From Octopus vulgaris (taxonomy: Eukaryota), in assembly GCA_951406725.2 (NCBI GenBank), contig OX597828.1:44268001-44332000 (forward strand): DNA of 64,000 nucleotides, read 5' to 3'. The notes under the pieces were generated by a model. The model was given only the letters and a program-made list of their open reading frames with translations. It ran no database searches and had not been told where the DNA came from. The translations under genes were made by a program, and so were the position numbers. Of this stretch, positions 1 through 17,613 are shown in pieces (the stretch's first letter is position 1; each line of letters opens with the position of its first letter).

Positions 1-20
1 ATAATAATAATAATAATAAT

Positions 21-54
<34 letters not shown>

Positions 55-60
55 TCGAAA

Positions 61-255
61 AATAAAGAAATAAGAAACGTTAGCATGCCGGGCGAAATGC
101 TTCGCAGTATTTCGTCTGCCGGTACGTTCCTTTCGGGGTCGATTAAATAAGTACTAGTTACGCACTGGGGTTGGTATAATCGACTTAATCCGTTTGTCTA
201 CCCTTGTTTGTCCTCCCTGTGTTTAGCCCCTTGTGGGTAGTAAAGAAATAGGTAT
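61..255 (+). mobile_element. tRNA-derived SINE family M (internally deleted copy)
   Basis: Shares cctttcggggtcga...aagtac.agttacgcactgggg and the 3' tail ...ccccttgtgggtagtaaagaaata with copies at 7.4-8.0 kb, 25.1-25.5 kb and 36.15 kb. Confidence 0.8.
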
Positions 256-380
256 TATCGACCCCGAAAGGCTGAAAGGCAAAGTCGACCTCGGCCGAAT
301 TTGAACTCAGCACGTAACGGCAGCCGAAATGCCTGCTAAACATTTCGTCCTGCGTGCTAACGGTTCTGCCAGCTCGCCCA
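256..380 (-). mobile_element. SINE family M, 5' half
   Basis: Reverse complement reads ggcgagctggcagaa...gagttcaaattc (Pol III A/B-box-like), then gtcgactttgcctttca.cctttcggggtcgat. Confidence 0.8.
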
Positions 381-467
381 CCATAGTAAAAAGAAGTATA
401 GTGATGATGATTTCAGCAACAAAAACCATAACTACAACAACGGCAACATCAATAACAACAGGAAAGA

Positions 468-646
468 GAAGAAGAAGAAGAAGAAGAAGAAGAAGAAGAA
501 GAAGAAGAAGAAGAAGAAGAAGAAGAAGAAGAAGAAGAAGAAGAAAAAGAAGAAGAAGAAGAAGAAGAAGAAGAAGAAGGAAAAGAAGAAGAAGAAGAAG
601 AAGAAGAAGAAGAAGAAGAAGAAGAAGAAGAAGAAGAAGAAGAAGA
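468..646. repeat. (GAA)n microsatellite
   Basis: About 60 nearly pure GAA units. Confidence 0.97.
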
Positions 647-1238
647 TTCTATCATCATCACTTTCAACAACAACGATGACAACAGAAACAAGCTCAGCTA
701 CAATTACAACAACAACAACAACAACAATAAGAATAACAATAATAGCGACAGCAGCCTTAATAATATTAACTACAGTAACAACAACAACCACATCAACAAC
801 AACAACAACAACAACATGGTCAATGCTATATAAGAAGGAAAGAACGAGAGAGAGAAAAAAGAATCAAGACCCAAGCGAAAGGTCAGGAAACGTAAGAAAA
901 GGTGATATCTGTCCAAGAGATTGGAAATATTGGAAAAATCCAAAGAAGTAAATACACAGGAAGAGAGCAAAGATCGTTGGTTTCTTTAGTTGACCTTTGG
1001 CCTTTGAACTTTTCCCTTGCCGAAATAATCTATCCCATACTCCTTCCGTTCCACTAGCAGATAGGGTTTCTTCAAAGATTTTATTCCACTCTCTTAATTT
1101 GGCTCACTGTTTTTCCAATATGTAAGACATGTTGAAGATTATGTATGTCAGTGTGTTTGTGATTTCTGCATGTGTGTATATATATATATCTATATCTGTA
1201 TGTATGTATGTATGTATGTATGTATGTATGTATGTATG

Positions 1239-1269
<31 letters not shown>

Positions 1270-1380
1270 GTATTATGTATGTATGAATGTATAAATGTAC
1301 GCATGTGGTGGAAACACGTATATGCGTAAGGTTGTGTATATATATATAAATAAATATATGTATATATGTATATATATTTA

Positions 1381-1438
<58 letters not shown>

Positions 1439-1469
1439 TACATATACTTATACATATATATATTTATTA

Positions 1470-1544
<75 letters not shown>

Positions 1545-2815
1545 GATTGTGTTTCTGGATAGACATATTAACCTAAATACGCTTTCCTATAGATTTTTGC
1601 GAATCTGTAAATGGAAAACTTGGAATGTATCTATATTTCTATCTATCAGTATCCTCGTCTACTTATCAATCTATCTATCTATCAATGCACCAATTTGTCT
1701 GCCTAGCTATCTACCTATATTTTGTATATAAAAGTATATTATATCATTTCATACTATATTGTATATTTTATATGTACACACATACACGCACACATATATA
1801 TACATATACATATATATATACATAAATGTATGTATATAGATAGATATGCTTGCATATCTATATCTTTATCGATCTATTGTTTTATTGATCTAATAACCAA
1901 TAAAAGGATTTGTATTAATATATTTTTCTCCATAGAATAACATATCTTTATATACTGTATACAAATGCATATATGATATATCTATACTTTTGTATGTATG
2001 TATTTAGGTTTGTATATATTGGTTACCTACGTGCATGCATTCACTCACACAATATATATATATACACACACACATCTATATATATATAGTGGCAAACAAA
2101 TTCACATATATTCAAAATTTAAAATTTAACCGAATTTGGAAGTTTCTAAGCGAGAGACTAGATTTCGAACTAAGAAATATTTGATTTTAGTAATACAGAT
2201 GTAAATATATCGATATATATTCAGATGTCTCGAGTGGCTAACTCCCGTTTAAAGTTACTTCAACTATATTTAATAATATTGTAGAACTCAAGGTACTGAG
2301 TACTTTATTTAAATTTGTGCACATTGTCATACATTCCGTCAATATATATACATACACACACACACACACACACACACATGCACACACATATATATATATG
2401 TATGTATGCGTGTATATATATATATATATATACGTAACAACCACGTGAGTTTATGAACAATCTTACATATGCTTTTTTAGAAGCGTCGAATGTGTATCAT
2501 AAGATACGTTTGTATCTATGTATGTATATATCCCTATAAAAAATATATATTTACACGCATATCTATATATGTGTTTATATATGAAACTGTACGTGGACTA
2601 TTGGTGGCATTTTTACTCCTTTTTTTTGACTTTGGACTTTCCCGTTTTACCTTTTTTAAAAGAGGGTCCATGCTCGAAATATAAAGCAACTTCTCTTTTC
2701 CTTCCCCGTGCGTCTTAATAATTTGCTTGTGATATGTCCTTACATTGTTTTTTTATTCTTGCTGGATTTTTCTCTGTTTTTTCTTTTTTTTAATTATATA
2801 TATATATATATATAT

Positions 2816-3070
2816 AATTCATAATAAAGGGCAAACGAAAAAATTTCTATTGCCAGATATGCCGAAAAATTGGACATATTGTCCATTAACTATATAATTT
2901 TTCATGGGTATGAGTAAGTATCTCATTTATTTCTTCTGCCACATGTATCACTGACGAAGGGAGGGCTGTTATAAGCTAACCCTGAAATCGGTCCGATATG
3001 GTAATAATGGAATGTTTTAGAAATTTCTGTCGACCTTTTTTCGAATAGCGTGCATATTGTGAAAAATAAT
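2816..3070 (+). mobile_element. Small HHR-bearing element family A (Penelope-like/retrozyme-like), next to (TA)n
   Basis: Homologous to 39895-40147; first ~90 bp is the reverse complement of the distal part of that copy; contains an HHR motif. Confidence 0.7.
2946..3003 (+). ncRNA. Type I hammerhead ribozyme motif (family A, intact core)
   Basis: Stem I TATCA/TGGTA; CTGACGA 2951-2957; stem II AGGG...CCCT; GAAA 2984-2987; stem III ATCG-gtc-CGAT; predicted cleavage after AUA at 2998. Confidence 0.75.
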
Positions 3071-3139
3071 AATACCAATAATCATTTCTAATTTTGACTG
3101 AAAGCCAATAATTTTTGTGATCAGACGGTTAGTTAATTA

Positions 3140-3300
3140 CAGCTATCCCAATAATCAACTAGTACATAATTCATCTAACGCTAAAGGATGAAAAGCAAAC
3201 ATGACGTCGGCAGAAATTGAACTCAGAACCTAAAGACGGACGAAATGTAGCTAAGTATGCTACCCGGCGTGCCAACGATTCTGCCAGCTCCCCGCCCTTA
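3140..3300 (-). mobile_element. SINE family M, diverged copy
   Basis: aaaggatgaaaagcaaa...gaactcagaac...ttctgccagctc. Confidence 0.7.
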
Positions 3301-3353
3301 CATGTCATAACATACTAACTCCGGTTAGTCCAAAGAATACACTGTGTGTTACA

Positions 3354-3620
3354 TCTATTATATAAAATTCGTTCTGTCTGTCTATCTGTCTGTTTGTCTG
3401 CGTCTTCTAGGGTCTCGGGCATCCTCCATCCGATTGCGCTCAAATTTGATATGTAGATACCGACAGTATCAGGGCGTGTATAAGTCTTGAAAAAATTACA
3501 AAAATCGAATCCAGGTGAGAATGCGATCGATAAAGCCGTGGGAACGTGCATTTGTACGCGCAAGTACATCAGCTGTTGCGATTGATACTACGTACGCGAG
3601 AAAAATGCAACTGTGGTTGG
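3354..3620 (+). mobile_element. Probable non-autonomous Helitron 5' portion (3' end not found)
   Basis: A|TCtattatataaaa start followed by (CTGT)n, resembling the 5' end of the Helitron at 61909. Confidence 0.45.
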
Positions 3621-4095
3621 CGCAAAAAAGCCGGCTGGCTTGACATAATGTCACAAAATGGGACGGTCGGACATGTAGCTTTGAGAAAATTTGGTTTAAA
3701 TATTTGACAACTCAGCACTGTCCATTGCTCGTACATATATTACACTGCGCAAAGATTCTTCGCAACAAAACGAAAATTATTCTCATTCGCCCATATAGAA
3801 TGCTACATGATTAACTCACTACCGTAATCCAAAGAAGCTAAAGCTTCTCAAATTCACACCAGTCACACCTCGTAACATTAAACTCGCGATCTTCAAACAA
3901 AGACGTGTATAAAAGCCAGAAAGGATAGCATCAATTATTCTTTCCCTTTCTTTCAAGATTTATATATTTTAATTACTTTACAACACATGACTGTGCTCAG
4001 TTCTTCCCTGAACTGTGAATTTATAAATAATTATTACAAAACGTTGGTGGTGGGCTGGGTGAATCTTCAACACTACATCGCCTACATCATGTTCT

Positions 4096-4182
<87 letters not shown>

Positions 4183-4273
4183 CATACATATATATATATG
4201 CATATATAAGTGTGTGTGTGTGTAGATAGGTAGATAGATAGATATACATATATAAATATATATACTTATACGT

Positions 4274-4325
<52 letters not shown>

Positions 4326-4617
4326 ATGTTTGTACGTATATAGATTTACATGCGTATATATACATATATATGTGTATGCACGTATGTATATATCATATAT
4401 ATACCCACAGATTTAATACGTATATATACAAATATACATATCTATATACATGGTATATATATATACATATATGCATACATACATACACACGTATGTATAC
4501 GTGTATATATATATATATATATCAAAAGAGAATGAGAGAGCGAGATGTAATATATATGTACGTATGCATTATATATATATATACAAGCATCGATATGTAT
4601 GCACCGATGTGGTATAG

Positions 4618-4649
<32 letters not shown>

Positions 4650-4714
4650 ATAAATCAGCATCCGTGTGCGTATTCGAGTACCTGCTTCTTTATACTATAT
4701 ATAATAAAATATAG

Positions 4715-4748
<34 letters not shown>

Positions 4749-4774
4749 TATATGTTTATATATATGTACGTGTG

Positions 4775-4805
<31 letters not shown>

Positions 4806-4849
4806 GTTTATATATTTATGAATGTGTGTACGTATATGTGTATGTATAC

Positions 4850-4904
<55 letters not shown>

Positions 4905-5615
4905 GAGAGAGGTGGAGAGAGGGAGACAGGGGGAGAAAGGGAGAAATGTCTTGGAATCGGCAATGCTTCGCATAAGACTATTTACTCACACACAAAAAAG
5001 CTAGATACGTGTTCCATGAACCGAGACCCATAATTCTAAGCGGAAGTGTGTATAATGAAGAGCGGGAAAGAGAAGGGAGACTACCAAGTTAAAGGATATG
5101 GCGGAGAATTTGCTGTATGGTAGAGGAGTTTTTGGTTCGCGTCTTGCGCACGTTCCGCGTTACGGTCACATTCGTTGTTAATCCAAGTCACAGCACATGC
5201 TCCGTAAGGAAGCCATTCTGTTACGGACGAAAGATAAATTAGCCCCTTCCCTCGCTAGTTGCTTTTAATTCTATGGTTATGGAAGCATCTTCGACATGGT
5301 TAGTATTTCGAGGAAGGAAGAACGAAGAAATATGTTAGAAAAGGTATTGAAAATTGGGGGGAAAGAGAAGACAAGAATAAAACTTAAAGAGAAAGAGAAA
5401 ACAACAAAGAGAATGCGAGAGAAAGAGAGACAGACAGATACAGAGACAGAGAGGCAGAGAGGGAGAGAGGGAGAGGGAGCGAGGGAGAGGAATAAGAAGA
5501 AAGAACATAGAAAGAGCGAGGGAGAAGAATAAGAAGCAAGAATATATGAAAGATGGGAAAGAGAAAGTTATAAAGCACAAATGAATAAATACAGGTATAT
5601 TGCGCGAGATATGCA

Positions 5616-5646
<31 letters not shown>

Positions 5647-5834
5647 TGTATGTATGTATGTATGTATGTATGTATGTATGTATGTATGTATGTATGTATG
5701 TATGTATGTTCGTATGTATGTATGTATGTATGTATGTATGAATATATGTATGAATATATGTATATATGCATGTTGTATGCGTGTGGGCATGTGCTGTATT
5801 TTATCAGTTGTGAGCATGTTCAAATATAAACATG

Positions 5835-5867
<33 letters not shown>

Positions 5868-5994
5868 CACACGTATACACATATGTACACACAAGCATAC
5901 ACACACATACATGCAGATATACAGAGGACATGGTAGTGAGCGGTCAAGAGACGAAGGGGTTGTGTTATCTATCTATATATGCATGTATGTATGT

Positions 5995-6053
<59 letters not shown>

Positions 6054-6134
6054 CAATCTAACTATCGATCTATCTACCTACATACCTACGTACCTTTCCG
6101 TTTGTGTATTTATCTATCTATCTACCTACCTACC

Positions 6135-6176
<42 letters not shown>

Positions 6177-6879
6177 ACTATCTATCTATTTATCAATATG
6201 TCTGTCTGTTTATCTATTTAGCTATCTGTCAGTCTATCTAGCTGTCTATTTTATTTATTTATCTATCTAGCTACCTCTCTACCTACCTATCTATCTGCCT
6301 GCCTGTCAGACTGTCTGACTATCTCTAGTTTTGCAAGCTAATTTACTAGATAGATAAATAGATAGATAGATAGATAGATAAGTATGTGTGCGTGTGTGTG
6401 TTTCATGTATACACATAGAGGTTATTGCCTTTTATCTGTCTAAATCTATCTCTATATAAACATCAGTATGTATGTACGTACGTACGTACGCATGTACGTG
6501 TGTGTGTATGCATTATGCATGTATGTATACATATGTGCATGTATATATGTAATGTTTGCATGTATGTACGCATGCATGTATTTATGTATGTATGCATGTG
6601 TGTATGTATGTATGTATGTATGTATGTATGTATGAATGTATGTATGTATGTATGTATGTATCTATGCGTATATGGGTACAGGACATCGCCAATGGTGCAA
6701 ATGATATGTAATACCTAAACAATGAAATACCTAAACAACGAAAAAAATGGAAAACAAGACAAGTAAACACAGAGAAAGGACCTTTCATTAGTTGTCGACT
6801 GTCTACACACTCATACACACACACACACACACACAACTTGCACACACATACACACAGAGTCGCGCGCGCATATATGTCA

Positions 6880-7030
6880 TATGCACTCTCCGTCTACCAA
6901 ATCCATTCGCAAAGCTTTGGTTTGCCCGAAGCTATAGTAGAAGGCAATTGCCTAAGATGTCACACAACGATCCTGAAACCGAAACCGTACGGTTGCGAAG
7001 GAAGCAAACTTCTTACCTGGGAGCCACAAC
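6880..7030 (-). mobile_element. SINE family C (CORE-like), 5' half, diverged
   Basis: ccgtctaccaaatcca...gctatagtagaag matches the full copy at 49905-50301. Confidence 0.7.
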
Positions 7031-7234
7031 TGTACCTATATATACTGAAAAATACTTTAGTCACATATGGAATCACAAAATTTTTGCTCCATAGGTATGT
7101 GGTTTCCTTCTGAATAAAAGAGTACAAAGCCACTCTATTCCCAGTCTAAAGTATGTGGAATTTTTGCCAATTCTTTCATATAAGGCGAAGGAAAGCAATG
7201 AGGCAGGCGAAAGGTGTTTCGCCAGATATCCGTT

Positions 7235-8020
7235 ATAATTTATTTTCTACTCTAGTCACAAGGCCCGAAATTTTGGGGGAGGACATCCAGTCGATTACAT
7301 CTACTCCAGTACGCAACCGGTGCTTAATTTATCGATCCCGAAAGGATGAAAGGCTAAGTCGAATTCAAAACGTAAAGACCGCTAAGTGTTTCGCCCAGCA
7401 TGCTAACGTTTATTATTAGGGGCTAAACACATAGAGGATAAACAAGGACAGACAAAGGGATTAAGTCGATTACATCGACCCCAGTGTGTAACTCGTACTT
7501 AATTTATCGACTCCGAAAGGATGAAGGACAGAGTTGACCTCGGCGGAATTTGAACTCAGAGCATTAAAACAGACGAAATACTGCTAAGCGTTTCGCCCGG
7601 CATGCTAACGTTTCTTATTTCATTACTGCCCACAAGGGGATAAACACAGAGGGGACAAACAAAGGACAGACAAACGGATTAAGTAAAATATATCGACCCC
7701 AGTGCGTGACTGGTACTTATTTCATCGACCTCGAAAGGATGAAAGGCAAAGTCGACCTCGGCAGAATTTGAACTCAGAACGTAACGGCAGACGAAATACT
7801 GCTAAGCATTCCGCCCGGAGCGCTAACGATTTTGCCAGCTCGCCGCCTTACAGGTGATCAATAGATTAATAATCCTTTCTACTATAGGAACAAAGCTTGG
7901 ATTATGTGGGGAAGGGGACAGTCGATCCGATCACTTCGACCCCAGTGCTCAACCGGTACTTAGTTTATCGAACCCGAAAGGATGAAAGGCAAAGTCGACC
8001 TCCGCGGAATTGGAACTCAC
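7235..8020 (-). mobile_element. Cluster of four same-orientation SINE family M copies
   Basis: Four occurrences of atcga..ccgaaaggatgaaggc-like cores near 7330, 7505, 7725 and 7965. Confidence 0.85.
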
Positions 8021-8278
8021 GAGATGATTAATAATAATAATAATAAAATACTGATACAAATGATGAAGGGTTAAGAAACCTCTCCCATAAATCAATAACA
8101 GAGTTTGAGTTTGCAAAAGCCTGACTCACGAACTTAGAGACGCCTAAAAGATAAGTTACGTTTTTGATAATCGACTTTTTAGAAAGAGGCCCGGCCTTAA
8201 CAAATGCGGTGGCCGGACCATGAATCTTTCTATAAGGACAAATTAATTAAATTGTATATTTTCTTTTCTCCGACAAAC

Positions 8279-8695
8279 ATGACCATAACGAGAGCTGTGT
8301 TCGTAGTCACCAGGATTTATCAACGAAGCACAGTCGCTTCCTGGAGAACCTCTTGTCCCTAGACATAAATGCGGGAATCAACAGCGACACCGGGATCTCT
8401 GGCTTGGATGCACCACCACGTAGTTCTGACGATAATAAAAAATTCGCATTTCGGGATATGTCTGGATCAGGTGAAGGTATATGAAATTCTTTGATTTCAA
8501 GGAACGAGCCATATTCATGGCCCGAACTGAACGTAGGTAGATGCGAATGGCATAGAAAATATTAACTTCAGCTCTATATGCTGTCTATGTTCCGACAGCT
8601 GAAGGAAAGCCTGATTTCTTTAGACAATTAAATTTTCTAAGAAAATCTCGATCTCGACTATTACTGGGCGATTGGAACTGTATTTCAGACGTGCG
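8279..8695 (+). pseudogene. Decayed LINE APE endonuclease fragment (L1/Tx1-like)
   Basis: About 8570-8685 translates to [37 protein letters not shown], matching APE motifs VYAP and GD(F/W)N; upstream part is disrupted. Confidence 0.65.
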
Positions 8696-8807
8696 GTGAA
8701 AGTGATTGGGCTAAAGCCCTGAGTAGGGTTGTAATAGGTCATACAGAAGAAAATAAACGGAATGATGGTATTAAATAGATAGATAGAAGGATAGATAGAT
8801 AGGTAGG

Positions 8808-8893
<86 letters not shown>

Positions 8894-8915
8894 CAAGGAT
8901 AGATAGATAGGTAAG

Positions 8916-8970
<55 letters not shown>

Positions 8971-9209
8971 GTAGATATAGATGGTTAGAGAGGGATGGGT
9001 ATGTAGGTAGATAGATGCTTAAATGGACAGATGAAATAAACAAAATTGGACAGAGACAGAGAGAAAGAAAGAGAGAGGAAGAAACAGAGAGAGAGAGGGA
9101 AAGAGAGAGAAGGAGAGAAACCGACAGACAGAGAGAGAGGGAGAATGAGAAAGAGAGAGGGAGAGAGAACAAGCGAGAGGAAAGAGAAAGAGAGAAAAAC
9201 ACCCATTAG

Positions 9210-10636
9210 CGGTGACTTAGATAAGTTTCTTTATTGGCCACACGGGGCTGCACATAGATGGGACAAGTTATAAGGTAGAGCTTTTCTTTTGGGGGATGAA
9301 AAAAACAAAAAACAAAAGAAAAAAAAAGGGGTGGCGTAGGTTTTCGATCAAGAGGGATCGTAAAAGGGAAGAAAAGAACAAAAAAATAAATAAAAAATAA
9401 AAGAAAAAAGAAAAAAAAGAAAAAGAAAAAAAAAGAAAAGGAAAAGGAACAAAAGAGATCTCTGGAAGATGTCCATGGGCCCTGGCCCGAAAGTCTTCTC
9501 GAACAGGCGGGTCAGGTACTCCTCGTCGATGTCCAGGTTCGCCCCGAGCTCGTCGTCGTACCTCCCCTCCACTAATCCCCTATAGAATGCTTTGGTTGTG
9601 ATGAAGTCACTCAAGGTCGACCCAGGACGGCAGAGTTGCCTGAGAGCAATGCGACACTCGCGGTGCTATTCGCCCTTCCTCGGCCTCTTTTTGATCCACG
9701 ACTGCAGTTCGGTAATGGAGACGAGCTGCGGGAAAGCGAGCCTCACAAACGGCGACCACACCTGTTCACCGTCGTCTACATAGAGCCTGAGATGTCGCAG
9801 TCTCAGCGCGTGTCTGCGCATCATCAACCACGGCATGCCCAGTCCTCCTTTTAACGGGTGTTGACAGCAAATGGATCGCCTGACCATCGGGACGCATCCT
9901 TTCCACAAGAAGCGAAAGAGAATGCGTTCTAGTTTGGTGATGGTAGGGTCGGGACAAGGCACGACGGTCAGGCGGTAGTAGATGACGGACGCGATGTACG
10001 TGTTCGGCCACCTCCGCCCGACCTTTTAGGGACAGTTTCCTCTCGGCCCACTGCCGGGCGAGAGTGACCACCCTACTCGTTATCTCGTTCCAGTTCTTCT
10101 CCACTTGGAGGTCCGAACCAAACCAGACCCCGAGCAACTCGACCGGACCGTCGGTCCAGCGTCCCACGACGGAGGCGCTGGTGGACGGCATAGGCTTGCT
10201 TCTCCAGGTGCCTAGTCGCAAGCCCACTGACTTTTCCCGGTTGATTTTCGCTCCTGTCACCGCTTCGTAGTTTTTCAGTGTCTCGCCGACCTGCTCGATG
10301 TGCTCGTGGCTAGACACTATGACGGTGACGTCGTCCTCGTATGCAGACACGCTCGTCCCGCATCCCAGTTCTCGCGGGATGCCCCTCAAGGTTGCCAGCT
10401 TCCGCAATAATGACTCAAGAGTCAATACGTATAGAAGCGACGAGAGGGGGCATCCCTGACGGACCGAACGTGCGATATCGAAGAGTCTCGATAGATGTCC
10501 ATTTACGCGAATTACCGAACGGATGCCTCTGAACAAAGCGGCTATCCAGCCGCGGAAGACGGGACCGAAGCCAGCCGCTCTGAGGACTGCCTCCAAGTAT
10601 CGATGGTCCACCCTATCGAAAGCTTTCGATTGATCA
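9210..10636 (-). mobile_element. 5'-truncated, frameshifted Tx1/L1-clade LINE (RT domain plus 3' UTR)
   Basis: DQSKAFDRVDH, VRQGCPLSSLLY, AYEDD (YADD mutated), GAKINREKS, LSLKGR and KGGLGMP across ORFs 9766-10611, 9666-9962 and 9348-9614; T-rich 3' UTR with AATAAA near 9230; 5' end abuts (GATA)n. Confidence 0.92.
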
Positions 10637-10669
10637 ATATAGATAGATAGATATATAGATAGGTAGGTG

Positions 10670-10799
<130 letters not shown>

Positions 10800-11148
10800 A
10801 AGACAGACAGACAGACAGATAGATGCATTTTCACTTCCCAGTCTGCTATCGAATACTCTGCCTCGTTTTACGTTTCCCCTCTTCACTTCACTTCAGTGTA
10901 AACTATTCAATAATTTATTCCACCTCGTTATTAATATACTTGTGTATTTATTTACTTTATACTTTCCACTTATTCTGATTCCTATTATGTTTCATATTCT
11001 TAACTTCACTCTTTTATCCATTCTCTGGCATTCATATTTTTTCCCCTCTCTTCCAGATGCGTTTTTGGGTGTTCTATTCTTTAACGAACAATGACTATGC
11101 ATACGTATATATATATGAGCATGTGTATCTAAGTATGTATGTATGGCA

Positions 11149-11376
<228 letters not shown>

Positions 11377-11377
11377 A

Positions 11378-11414
<37 letters not shown>

Positions 11415-11501
11415 TTATGGGCGGGGTGAGTGCGTTGGAATGTGCACATATGTATTTATATGTCACCATTTATCCATACACACACGCACACATGCACATG
11501 C

Positions 11502-11546
<45 letters not shown>

Positions 11547-11846
11547 ACCGCCTTTCACGAATCTAAGTAGGCAGTGAAATACTCAGTTTTTGTTACAACA
11601 GTGACTGTTCTTACAATAGCCTCGTATCTTTGCATCTCTTTGCAATGGAATCTCGTCTTAATATCTTCCCCAAACCTCAAACCTCCACCATTTTCTGCCA
11701 TTCTGACGTCAACATCTCATTTCTATCCAATATGGCTGCCTGTCGTCTGCTTTTCGATTCTTTCCGTATCACGAACACGTTATTTTCAAGAGTACAAGTT
11801 TCTCTTCTTTTTTTTTTCACTGACTCTTTCTCTCTTGTTCCAGTTT

Positions 11847-11942
<96 letters not shown>

Positions 11943-12179
11943 ATTCATTGCATATCTATCTGGCATTTCTTTTCCGTCTCTCTTTACAACTTCCTCCATT
12001 GTAGCTATCTGTTGTATCATTCCGCTTGTTATTTTTATTATTTTTCTATCGATTTAACCGTCCATCCATCAATCCGTCCATTCATCCATTTATAATCCTC
12101 CACCAACCTCACTACAAATAGAGATCTCACGCTTCCCCCTTTCTCCCTTACTATCTTCCTCTTTCTCACACCTATCCAC

Positions 12180-12267
<88 letters not shown>

Positions 12268-12457
12268 ATTTCTATCGCTCTTTCTATCTCGTGCTCATGT
12301 TCTCTTTGTTCCGGACTCTCTCTATCACTCTCTCAATTTTCACCTTTCTATCTTCTTCTTTAACTAATTGTATTTTCCCCTCCCTTCACTCTTTATATGT
12401 GTCTGTTTATGCGTGAGTATACAGTACGTAAAGTCGCATATAAGATAGACATGTATT

Positions 12458-12561
<104 letters not shown>

Positions 12562-13151
12562 CATATATATACATACGTGTGTCTGCATGTGCGTGTAAGT
12601 GTACATAATTATAGGTATATGTATGAATGCATATATGAGAGAAAGAGAAAGAGAAAAAGAGAGAGAGAGAGAGAGAGAGAGAAATAGGGAGAGAGAGGGA
12701 GAGTAAGTTCTACTACGGACAGAGATATAGAGCATTCTCTTGCACGTTTTCTACATTTCAATGACACTCTGAAGTTAGAAGCTTATAACGAGAAATACAT
12801 CAATAAATCTGTGTATACACACATTTAAATATATATATATGTATGTATTTATGTATGTATGTATGAATATATATGCGCGTACACACTCAGTCATATATAT
12901 ATATTCATATATCTACACAGGCATGCACTTTCTCTCATACACACGTGAATGTTCTTATGTCGATCTATTTGCTAGCTATCTCTTACTCTTTTGATCCTTG
13001 TCTCTTTCCTTTTAATTCTCTCAAAGATTTTCTCGGTAACTCCACATTGAAGTCCCCCGCTCTTTTATTTTATCATAATTTCCTTTATACCTCCGTGTCA
13101 TTCTTATACGAATAAAGACAAACACACACTTTACCATATATCTATGTACGT

Positions 13152-13186
<35 letters not shown>

Positions 13187-13238
13187 TACACACATATGCA
13201 CACACATACACACACACTCACACAAACACACACACACA

Positions 13239-13295
<57 letters not shown>

Positions 13296-13618
13296 ACACA
13301 GATACCTATATATGTACATATATATATGCATGTGTATATCTATACGTACATATATTCATAAATACTTGCATATATATATTTATACACAGACATAGATCCA
13401 CAAATACATACACACACACACATATATATACACATATACACACATACATTGACATACATATATACGTGTGTGTGTGTGTGTGCGTGTGTGTGTGTGTGCG
13501 TGTGTGTGTGTGTATTTATGTGTGTGGGCGTGTCTGTATATGCGTGTGTATACACATATATATGCAAGTATATATACACACACAGCTTTGGTGGACGACA
13601 AACAGTAACACATACATA

Positions 13619-13713
<95 letters not shown>

Positions 13714-13842
13714 CTATAATCACGCTATGCTTTTAAGCTTCAGTCTTTCCTGCCCTATTCCCATGTTTCTCTGTTCAAGCTTTAAAACTTCCTCTCTTTC
13801 ATCTACTTACACTCTCTGTCTGTCTGTCACTCTCTCACTCTT

Positions 13843-13874
<32 letters not shown>

Positions 13875-14029
13875 CCTGCTTTCTTTCTCCGTAACTCACC
13901 TCCCACCACCCCAAACACTCATACATGCTTTCATGAAACCACTTTTAAATCTCACCCACTTTCCATCGAACTGTCTCTGTCATCCTCTATCCGCCATGTT
14001 ATCTTCAAAATTTTCATCGAATACCACCC

Positions 14030-16360
<2,331 letters not shown>

Positions 16361-16549
16361 CAACAAGAACATCCTCTTGCCTGCCGTTCAAGCTCAATTC
16401 TAATGGACACGTTTATGCATTTCAGCTTTTCCGGCGCTAATGTTTCTTGATGTTGCGCATTTCAATCCCACTAAGTGAGGTCAGAGTTGACGGTGTCTCG
16501 CCGATCAAAAGCTAGCATTTTTCACTTGTAATGCTAAGGCGAATGTCTC

Positions 16550-16635
16550 GTATATTCACACGTGACTGGCTTTTTGGTCAGCGCAAGAGGTCAGCCATTT
16601 CGAAGCCGCCATTTTCTGAAATCAGCCAATGGTAA
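16550..16635. promoter_or_regulatory. Candidate cis-regulatory island (E-box, YY1-like site, CCAAT box)
   Basis: CACGTG 16559-16564, GCCGCCATTT 16605-16614 and CCAAT 16626-16630 within ~75 bp of non-repeat DNA. Confidence 0.4.
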
Positions 16636-16932
16636 AGCTTTGATTTGATAGAGCATCTTAAATGTGTACTCGATAAAAATTCAAAGAAAGCTTGATATTT
16701 CCATGTATATGTACGTGCGTGTGATCGTGTGTGCGTGTGAGTATTGGCGTATGTGTGTGTGGAGGTGTGTATACAGATTTACATACGTGTGTGTGTATGC
16801 ATGTGTGTGCAGCCGTGCAACGTATACTTCCATGTTTCTTTAGATGTATGTGTACGTTAGTGCTTGCGGGTGTAACAGTGTGTAAGCCTTCATATTAGTA
16901 TATTCATAATGGTATACGTGCATGTGTGCATG

Positions 16933-16988
<56 letters not shown>

Positions 16989-17053
16989 GTATATATGTAT
17001 ATGTATATAAATGTATACATATATAAATATATATACATATATCATATTTATAT

Positions 17054-17089
<36 letters not shown>

Positions 17090-17314
17090 AGTGTGTGTGT
17101 CTGTGTGTGTATGTGCGTATATGTATGTATATATGAATAGTTGTGTGAATGCATTTGTATATGAGAGCATGCGTCTATATACACACGCACAAACATAATC
17201 TCTCGCACATGCAGTAGATTATGTCGTTATAATTTCGTATGTCTATGTGTGTGTATTTGTGGTAATACATGGGAGTCTGCATATGGTATCCGTACATGTG
17301 ATGGTGTGTGTGTG

Positions 17315-17369
<55 letters not shown>

Positions 17370-17446
17370 ATGCGTATACAAATATATATACATATATGTC
17401 TGTATTTATGTATTTATGTACCTATCAATTTATATATATATATATG

Positions 17447-17501
<55 letters not shown>

Positions 17502-17526
17502 ATATGTATATATATATATGTATATG

Positions 17527-17613
<87 letters not shown>

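Noticed and set aside
5200-5235. TCCGTAA/TTACGGA hairpin followed by CGAAA
   Set aside because: No upstream CUGANGA core or stem I
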